A stretch of DNA of 62,763 nt, the filler included, from Coriobacteriales bacterium (lineage in GTDB: Bacteria; Actinomycetota; Coriobacteriia; Coriobacteriales; UBA8131), in the NCBI GenBank assembly GCA_031263105.1. It is 5 parts of 5 records of this genome, joined end to end, with 100 filler letters (N's around TTAATTAATTAA, not from the genome) between each part and the next. Parts side by side here need not be neighbours in the genome. Positions count along the whole stretch, not along the records: positions 33,458 to 59,079 come from JAISGJ010000051.1; positions 59,180 to 62,763 come from JAISGJ010000085.1; 3 more parts are not named here. One strand, written 5' to 3'. The position numbers were made by a program, and so were the translations under genes. Below, in pieces: positions 55,795 through 62,763 of the stretch; position 1 is the stretch's first letter, and the number at the start of each line of letters is the position of its first letter. The notes below the pieces were generated by a model. The model was given only the letters and a program-made list of their open reading frames with translations. It was not told the origin of the DNA and searched no databases.

Positions 55795-56418
55795 ATGACC
55801 ACATACGCGATGGCGATAGACCTGGCCCACTGCGTCGGCTGCCATACCTGTGCCGTGGCCTGCAAGCTGAACAACAACCTGCCTGACGGACTCTGGTACA
55901 ACCGCGTTCTGACCGAGGGCGGCGCCTACCTCGATGCGGCCGCCGGCACCTATCCCAACGACCTGCGCCGCACCTTCTGGCCCCGCAGCTGCCAGCATTG
56001 CGAGGTTCCCGCCTGTGCCGCCGTCTGTCCCGTCGAGGCGATCGTGAAGCGCGAGGACGGCATCGTCATGCAGGACAACGAGCTGTGCATAGGCTGCAAG
56101 CTCTGCATCACCGCCTGTCCCTATGAGGCGCGCGTGTTCAACGAGACGGATCCCGCCTATCCCGTGGACTTCAAGTTCGGCGACTGGGACGCCCCCGAGC
56201 ATCTCGCCCTCAAGGTCGAGAAGTGCACCTTCTGCGCGAACCGCATCGACCGTGGCGACGTGCCCGCCTGCATGGAGCTCTGCCCGGGACGCGCCCGCTA
56301 CTGGGGCGACATCGACGACCCTGCAAGCGAGATAAACGCCTACCTGGAGGGCAGGGACTATACGAAGCTCCTGGAGGACAAGGGGACCGGGCCGAACGTC
56401 TACTACGTCACGAAATAG
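55795..56418 (+). CDS. DmsB-like 4Fe-4S electron-transfer subunit
   Basis: CVGCHTCAVACK, CQHCEVPACAAVCP, CIGCKLCITACP, KCTFC...PACMELCP. Confidence 0.95.
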   Translation: MTTYAMAIDLAHCVGCHTCAVACKLNNNLPDGLWYNRVLTEGGAYLDAAAGTYPNDLRRTFWPRSCQHCEVPACAAVCPVEAIVKREDGIVMQDNELCIGCKLCITACPYEARVFNETDPAYPVDFKFGDWDAPEHLALKVEKCTFCANRIDRGDVPACMELCPGRARYWGDIDDPASEINAYLEGRDYTKLLEDKGTGPNVYYVTK

Positions 56419-56423
56419 ATGAG

Positions 56424-57131
56424 ATGCGTGCGATGCCGGACAGCCAGGCGAGCCTGGCAGGACCGACCGTCGAGTCGGACGTCTATCTGTTGCTGGCGAC
56501 CCTGCTCCGTCTCCCTTCCCGGGAGATGGCTGCACGCTATGCGGACGGCACCCTGGCTTCCGGCATCGCAGAACACGCGCGGGCGATCTGGGGGGACGCC
56601 CTCGGACCAAGGGAGGCAGGCGAGGCGGTCGGGCTCTTCTCCTCCCATGAGCGAAGGGGCCCCTCCCTGCTCTCCGATCTGAGGTACGAGCACACCCGCC
56701 TTTTCGAGCATCCCGAATTCCCTGCGATACAGCGCTACGAGGGCCTGTTCGGGTTCTTCGCGAAGAATCCCGGCCTGAGAAGCTACCACGGCGCGCCTCG
56801 GCGCTTCGTGAACCCTGAGGCCATCGATGCGGAGCGCTGCTACCGAAGGGCAGGCTTCGACCGCTCGGACGAGCTGAACGAACCGGCCGACTCCGTCTCG
56901 ACCGAGCTCGAGTTCATGTACAGGCTCGTCGGGGCCAAGCGGGACGCCTTGGACGCCGCCGACAGCGAGGCGCTTGCCTTCGCGAACGCCTGCATCGACG
57001 AGTTCAAGGGCATCCACCTCAAGAACTGGATGCTGCCGTTCTTCGAGAAGGTCGTCCAAGAGAGCCGCACCGACTTCTACCGCGCCACAGGCCTGCTCGG
57101 CATCGCCTTCCTACGCGAGCAGCTTCGCTAG
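56424..57131 (+). CDS. TorD/DmsD-family chaperone
   Basis: YEHTRLF, EPADSVSTELEFM, HLKNWM. Confidence 0.85.
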   Translation: MRAMPDSQASLAGPTVESDVYLLLATLLRLPSREMAARYADGTLASGIAEHARAIWGDALGPREAGEAVGLFSSHERRGPSLLSDLRYEHTRLFEHPEFPAIQRYEGLFGFFAKNPGLRSYHGAPRRFVNPEAIDAERCYRRAGFDRSDELNEPADSVSTELEFMYRLVGAKRDALDAADSEALAFANACIDEFKGIHLKNWMLPFFEKVVQESRTDFYRATGLLGIAFLREQLR

Positions 57132-57256
57132 TCTTCCGACAGCCGATCCGCTTACGCCGTCGTCTATGAGCCTCAACATGAACTGCCGCGGCAGTTTTTT
57201 CAAAGGTCTGCCTCACGAACCGGTCGCACTCCCCCAGAGGGAAGGTGCAGCAAAGG

Positions 57257-58198
57257 TCACTTCGCCTTTACGAATGAGGCCATGACGATCATCTGGAGAA
57301 CCAGCGCTACGGCGATCACCAGCCATGAGAACCGTATCCCCGCAAGCATGGTGAGCGCGATGAACCCCGCTATCGCCGCGATCCAGAGGGCGCCGCAGAC
57401 CAGCCCGAACCTCTGCTCCTGTGCCGCACTGCCGAACAGCTCGCCCTGGGCGTCCCGGTACTCCTCGCGCTGTCTGACCACCCAAGGCTTGCTCCGATTC
57501 TTCTCCGTCAGAACGAGGAACGCGCCCAAGGCGATGCCTGGAAGCGCAAAGACCATCAGGACGGCGATCGCCGCTGTCAGCGAGGGGTTGGGGAAGCTGA
57601 GGGTTGCGGTGCCGAACCCGGTCTCAGTCATGTCGAGCCAGGCGACGAGGGCGGTCAACGCGCCGGCCAGGAGCGCACCGGCGGCAAGCACATACCACAG
57701 CGCACGCTTCCAGCCCATGGCCTCGCGCGAGGCGGTCTCCTGCGTCAGCCCCAAAAACAGGAAGCCCAGAAGGGCCGGCATGCCGAGCACCATGAAGACC
57801 GCTGGCGGGGCACTGAGGTATTCCGAGCCGAACCAGGCGAGCAACGAGACCATGACGGCCACTCCCAGCACCAGCCCGCACAACGCGTAGAGCGCTCCGC
57901 GCCTTGCAGTTATATAGTTCCGTGTGCTCATGTACATTTCCGAAAGCACCTCCTGCTTCTTCTTCCGACTGATCTCGTCCGCCACGGCGGACATGTCGCC
58001 CAGCTCATCCAAGGCCTTCTCGGCGGCGTCCTTCTCGTCCATGCCCTTCTGGCCGAGAATCCTGATTCGCTCGTCGAGGTGGGCCTTGATCTCTTCCTTG
58101 AAATCGGTGAGCGCCGGTGTCTCCTGGTACTCGTGGAACAGGGTGTCGATGTAGCCCTGTGTGTCCATGGCCTGTCCGTCTGTGGCCCGCACGTTCAT
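57257..58198 (-). CDS. Membrane protein with N-terminal permease-prefix (HAAS-like) domain
   Basis: YIDTLF...KEEIKAHL...ALDELGD followed by about six TMs; coupled to padR. Confidence 0.8.
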   Translation of the reverse strand: MNVRATDGQAMDTQGYIDTLFHEYQETPALTDFKEEIKAHLDERIRILGQKGMDEKDAAEKALDELGDMSAVADEISRKKKQEVLSEMYMSTRNYITARRGALYALCGLVLGVAVMVSLLAWFGSEYLSAPPAVFMVLGMPALLGFLFLGLTQETASREAMGWKRALWYVLAAGALLAGALTALVAWLDMTETGFGTATLSFPNPSLTAAIAVLMVFALPGIALGAFLVLTEKNRSKPWVVRQREEYRDAQGELFGSAAQEQRFGLVCGALWIAAIAGFIALTMLAGIRFSWLVIAVALVLQMIVMASFVKAK

Positions 58199-58536
58199 TG
58201 CATCTCCTCCTTCAGTAGGTTGCTGAGAATCTTTTGGGTGAACTCCCAGTCGAGCAGGTTCTGGCGGTAGAGCTCGCGCCCCCTGTCCGTGATGCGGTAG
58301 TACTTCCGGCGTCCTCCCTGCGTCTCGTCGCCCCAATAGGAGGTGACGCACCCGTCCTTCTCCAAGCGTTTGTAGCTGGAGTACAGCGTGTCCGTCTTCA
58401 GCTCGTAGCGCTCTTCCGTTCGGGCCAGAACCCGGTTGTATATCTCCAACCCATAGCGGTCGGCATTCATCAGAATGGCCAAAACGATGGTGTCGGTATG
58501 CCCGCGCAGAAGGTCGGACGACAGCTTCGGTTCCAC
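58195..58536 (-). CDS. PadR-family transcriptional regulator
   Basis: LLRGHTDTIVL...YG...TLY...RLEKDG...RRKYYRIT. Confidence 0.93.
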   Translation of the reverse strand: MEPKLSSDLLRGHTDTIVLAILMNADRYGLEIYNRVLARTEERYELKTDTLYSSYKRLEKDGCVTSYWGDETQGGRRKYYRITDRGRELYRQNLLDWEFTQKILSNLLKEEMQ

Positions 58537-58636
58537 AACGGTCCTCCTTTCTCTGTTCGATGGCGCTCTCTCATGTCAGGGCCTCCCCGTCCCGCACCCG
58601 TAGGTCGCGAGTGCCGTGGTTCTTGTGCCCTATTTC

Positions 58637-58665
58637 ATTATCTATCAAATTATTGTGTCTGTCAA
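58637..58665 (-). promoter_or_regulatory. Putative sigma70-type promoter of padR
   Basis: TTGACA-N17-GATAAT on the minus strand. Confidence 0.65.
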
Positions 58666-58704
58666 GTATATGTGACACACATATTTTTTGCCGTCCGTCC
58701 TTCG

Positions 58705-59070
58705 GTTACTGTTCACACCCCCACGGATACCCCACTGTCATCCCGAGCCCCACTGTCATCCCGAGCCCCACTGTCATCCCGAGCCCCACTGTCATCCCGA
58801 GCCCCACTGTCATCCCGAGCCCCACTGTCATCCCGAGCCCCACTGTCATCCCGAGCTTGCCGAGGGATCTTTGGGTTCGAGCGCCCGGAAAACAGCCCGG
58901 TGGACTGTTTTCAGCGAGAACGGGCCGGAAGGCCCACGGAACGCGAAGCAGCCGACCGCAGGTCGCAGGATCTTCTGACCGCAGTCGACCGCTTGCGCGG
59001 TCGAGGATCCCTCGGCAGGCTCGGGATGACAGTGGGGCTCGGGACAGTGGGGCTCGGGATGACAGTGGGG
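58705..59070. mobile_element. MITE-like element variant with 7 tandem 18-bp arms and an AAACAG-hairpin module
   Basis: GTTACTGTTCAC at 58705; ACTGTCATCCCGAGCCCC at 18-bp period 58734-58842; AAAACAGCCCGGTGGACTGTTTT; cut by the contig end. Confidence 0.85.
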
Positions 59071-59079
59071 CGTGGACAG

Positions 59080-59179
59080 NNNNNNNNNNNNNNNNNNNNN
59101 NNNNNNNNNNNNNNNNNNNNNNNTTAATTAATTAANNNNNNNNNNNNNNNNNNNNNNNNNNNNNNNNNNNNNNNNNNNN
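59080..59179. other. Artificial contig spacer
   Basis: N44-TTAATTAATTAA-N44. Confidence 0.98.
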
Positions 59180-59231
59180 GGCGGCCATGAGGGCCGCCAG
59201 CCACGGAAACACCGAGCAGTGCCCCTTCCCC

Positions 59232-59257
59232 GTAGGGGACGGCGTCCCCGACGTCCC
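59232..59257 (+). repeat. GTAG-type REP-like palindrome
   Basis: GTAGGGGACGGCGTCCCCGACGTCCC. Confidence 0.7.
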
Positions 59258-59304
59258 GCCGGGGCGGGACGGACTCGCGACGGGCCGATTGTATCCCCCC
59301 GTTC

Positions 59305-59544
59305 GTTACTGTTCGCACAGCACTGTCATTCCGAGCGGAGCCGAGGAATCTTTGGACACGCAGTGTCCAACCGCAGGTCAGGGAACCTTTCGACCTGCGG
59401 TCGACCGCTTGCGCGGTCAAGGATCCCTCGGCAGGCTCGGGATGACAGTGGGGGCTCGGGATGACAGTGGGGGCTCGGGATGGCAGTGGGGGCCCGGGAT
59501 GGCAGTGGGGGCTCGGGATGACAGTGGGGGTCTGTACAGTCAAC
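59305..59544. mobile_element. MITE-like palindromic element, core inverted, right arm repeated five times
   Basis: GTTACTGTTCGCAC left end; reverse-oriented core; CGGGATG(A/G)CAGTGGGG repeats. Confidence 0.85.
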
Positions 59545-59694
59545 TCCTACAGGCCACTCTGCTGCCTCCTGCCCTCTGCCCTCTGTCCTTGAGGCCGCGA
59601 CCTGTGTAAAATGTTCGGATACCGTTATGAGAGATAGGACGGCGGCTCTCGAAAGAGGGAGAGCCTGCTTGGACCCGAGCGAAAGGATGGGTCG

Positions 59695-59901
59695 ATGGCA
59701 CGGGTAATTGTAGACAAGGGCTTTTGCAAGGGCTGTGGCCTTTGTGTCGAGGCGTGTTCCGAGAAGATCATGGTCCTCGATTTCGAGGAACTGAGCCAAA
59801 AGGGCTATCATCCCGCAAAATGCATCGACCAGGAGGCGTGTACCGCATGTCTGAACTGTGCGGTCATGTGCCCCGACGTCGCAATCACGATAGAGAGGTA
59901 G
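59695..59901 (+). CDS. 2x[4Fe-4S] ferredoxin (delta subunit of 2-oxoacid:ferredoxin oxidoreductase)
   Basis: CKGCGLCVEAC, CTACLNCAVMCP. Confidence 0.93.
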   Translation: MARVIVDKGFCKGCGLCVEACSEKIMVLDFEELSQKGYHPAKCIDQEACTACLNCAVMCPDVAITIER

Positions 59902-59907
59902 GAGAAG

Positions 59908-61025
59908 ATGGCCGAGAAGGTTCTCATGAAGGGCAACGAGGCCTTGGCGGAAGCCGCTATCCGTGCCGGGTGCAAATATTTCTTCGGATACCCCATCACC
60001 CCGCAGACGGAGCTTGCGGCCTACATGGCCAAGCGCATGCCCAAGATAGGCGGCACCTACCTGCAGGCCGAGAGCGAGATAGCAGCCATCAACATGGTCT
60101 ACGGGGCCTCGGCCGCCGGCGTCCGCGTGATGACCTCGAGCTCCTCGCCGGGCGTGAGCCTCAAGAGCGAGGGCATCTCATACATGATCGGCGCCGACCT
60201 GCCCGCACTCATCATCAACGTGCAGCGCGGCGGCCCCGGCCTGGGCGGCATCCAGCCCAGCCAGGCCGACTACTGGATGGCGACCCGTGCGACGGGGCAC
60301 GGCGACGGGCACGTCATAGTCTTCGCGCCCTCCACGGTGCAGGAGATGGCCGACCTCGTCGCCCTGGCCTTCGAGCTCGGCGACCGCTACCGCACGCCGG
60401 TCATGATCCTGGCAGACGGCCTGCTCGGACAGATGATGGAACCGGTCGCCCTGCCCGAGCCCCTTGCCGCCGAGGATCTGCCCAAGAAGCCCTGGGCCAT
60501 CAACGGCCACAGGAACGAGCGGCCCCACAACACCGTGAACTCGCTGTTCCTCGTGGCGCAGGAGCTTGAGGACTCCATCACGCATCGCTGGATGCGGTAT
60601 GAGCAGATCAAGGTGCAGGAGCAACGCGCCGAGACCTACCTCGTCGAGGACGCGGAGTTCGTCATCGTCGCCTATGGCGCGGCCTCGCGCATCGCCCGCA
60701 GCGCGGTGAACAAGGCGCGCAGCGAGGGCATCCGGGCCGGCCTGCTCCGCCCCGTCACGCTCTGGCCGTATCCCACGGCTGCCCTTGAGGCGACCATCGA
60801 GCAGACCCGCGCCTATCTTGTCACCGAGTTCTCCATGGGTCAGATGGTGGAGGACGTCCGGCTTGCTATCAACGGCCGCAGACCGGTGAACTTCTTCGCC
60901 CACACCGGCGGCATCGTCCCCACGCCCGACGAGGTCGCAGAGGCGCTGCGACGGGTGGCGTCCGGAGAGGACGTCCAGCTTGTCCCCGTCCACAGCAGAC
61001 TGACAAGACCGACAGGAGGTGCCCT

Positions 61026-61029
<4 letters not shown>
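59908..61029 (+). CDS. vorB: 2-oxoacid (ketoisovalerate-type):ferredoxin oxidoreductase alpha-like subunit VorB
   Basis: MKGNEA, FGYPITPQ, QAESE, TSSSSPG, RGGPGLGGIQPSQADY. Confidence 0.9.
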
Positions 61030-61861
<832 letters not shown>

Positions 61862-61865
<4 letters not shown>

Positions 61866-62020
61866 GCAAGGACCTCAACATCATGCGCAAAGACCTCAAC
61901 ATCATGCTGGTGGGGTTCGGGGGGAAAACAGCGCAGTGCGCTGTTTTCGGGCGAAGCTGCGAAGCAGCGGGTGAGTCCATGGACAGCCGCCGCAGCGGAT
62001 TACAGGAGGCGACGTCATGA
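61862..62020 (+). pseudogene. 52-codon mini-ORF: duplicated 5' end of the gamma subunit carrying a hairpin repeat module
   Basis: MSKDLNIMRKDLNIMLVGFGG... vs [19 protein letters not shown] overlaps at both ends. Confidence 0.7.
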
Positions 62021-62568
62021 GCAAAAACCTCAACATCATGCTTGCAGGATTCGGCGGCCAGGGCATCCTCTTCGCAGGCAAGATCGTCGCCTATGCAGGC
62101 ATGATCGACGGCCGCGAGATCTCGTGGCTGCCCTCCTACGGGCCCGAGATGCGCGGCGGCACCGCCAATTGCAGCGTCTGCCTCTCCGATGCGCCCATCG
62201 GCTCGCCCCTTGTCACGGAGCCGGACGCACTTGTCGCCATGAACCTCCCCTCCTACGAGAAGTTCATCGCGGAGGTCGTGCCCGGGGGCGTGGTCGTCGT
62301 GGACTCCACGATGGTGGGCACCTGCACCCTGCGTAGCGACATCGAGTACTACGACGTGCCGGCCACCTTGCTTGCGGAGGAGAACGGGCTGAAGGGACTC
62401 GCGAACGTCATCCTCGTCGGCAAGCTGCTCGACGCGACAGGCTTCTCCACGGAGGAGACCTGCAAGAAGGCCATCGACAAAAGCGTCTCGGCAAAGCACG
62501 CCGACCTCGCCGAGTCCAACAAGCGCGCCCTCGAGATCGGCAGGCTATGGACCGCCTCGGAGTGCTGA
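62017..62568 (+). CDS. 2-oxoacid:ferredoxin oxidoreductase gamma subunit
   Basis: [25 protein letters not shown]. Confidence 0.93.
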   Translation: MSKNLNIMLAGFGGQGILFAGKIVAYAGMIDGREISWLPSYGPEMRGGTANCSVCLSDAPIGSPLVTEPDALVAMNLPSYEKFIAEVVPGGVVVVDSTMVGTCTLRSDIEYYDVPATLLAEENGLKGLANVILVGKLLDATGFSTEETCKKAIDKSVSAKHADLAESNKRALEIGRLWTASEC

Positions 62569-62608
62569 GCCGACACACGGCCTCCCCCCGCCGATCCAGC
62601 ACACCCCC

Positions 62609-62763
62609 TTGTCATTCCGAGCGCCCCCCACTGTCATTCCGAGCGCGCCCCACTGTCAGTCCGAGCGCGCCCCACTGTCATTCCGAGCGCGCCCCCCTGT
62701 CATTCCGAGCGGAGGGGCGAAGCCCCGCAGCCGAGGAATCTTCGCCCGCGCCAGCGGTCGACC
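62609..62763. repeat. Tandem arms and start of a variant palindromic element, cut by the window end
   Basis: Five TGTCA(T/G)TCCGAGCG units then CCGAGGAATCTTCG...AGCGGTCGACC. Confidence 0.8.

Noticed and set aside
10017..59179. TTAATTAATTAA motifs in N runs, and gene neighbourhoods across them
   Set aside because: Identical 100-nt artificial spacers; adjacency across them has no biological meaning

Overview
The window is not one locus. It is five high-GC contigs joined by artificial 100-nt spacers (N44-TTAATTAATTAA-N44 at 10017, 19828, 33358, 59080). Gene content (TAT-lipoprotein molybdoenzymes, TorD chaperones, NrfA, NapGADH, InlB-B-repeat surface proteins, class B sortase) suggests an anaerobic Coriobacteriia/Eggerthellaceae-like actinobacterium (inference). 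Contig 1: truncated TAT lipoprotein, OmpR-type regulator, heme-c-motif sensor kinase, TorD, AAA/DUF4143 ATPase and an Fe/cobalamin-type ABC importer. Contig 2: accessory region with several toxin-antitoxin-like modules (an HEPN toxin and a RhuM protein appear to have lost their nuclease cores), a DUF4417-CPCC pair, a pyrE remnant and two large surface proteins, one behind a TTGACA-G19 promoter. Contig 3: CoA-enzyme activase with an in-frame palindromic insert, type IV pilus genes, sortase B and relB-yoeB. Contig 4: AraC-ECF/ABC uptake operon with a three-ATPase fusion, nrfA, GabR, NarL-type regulator, napGADH, a GntR-boxed nrfD-gntR-SPFH-molybdoenzyme locus and padR. Contig 5: 2-oxoacid:ferredoxin oxidoreductase operon. 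The most striking unexplained structure is a dispersed (about 11 copies), modular, non-coding palindromic element with GTTAC...GTAAC termini, 8-bp target-site duplications at three copies, a REP-like hairpin core showing compensatory changes, and tandemly amplified arms. Sub-modules of it also sit in frame inside or between coupled genes. All calls come from reading motifs by eye; no database searches were run.
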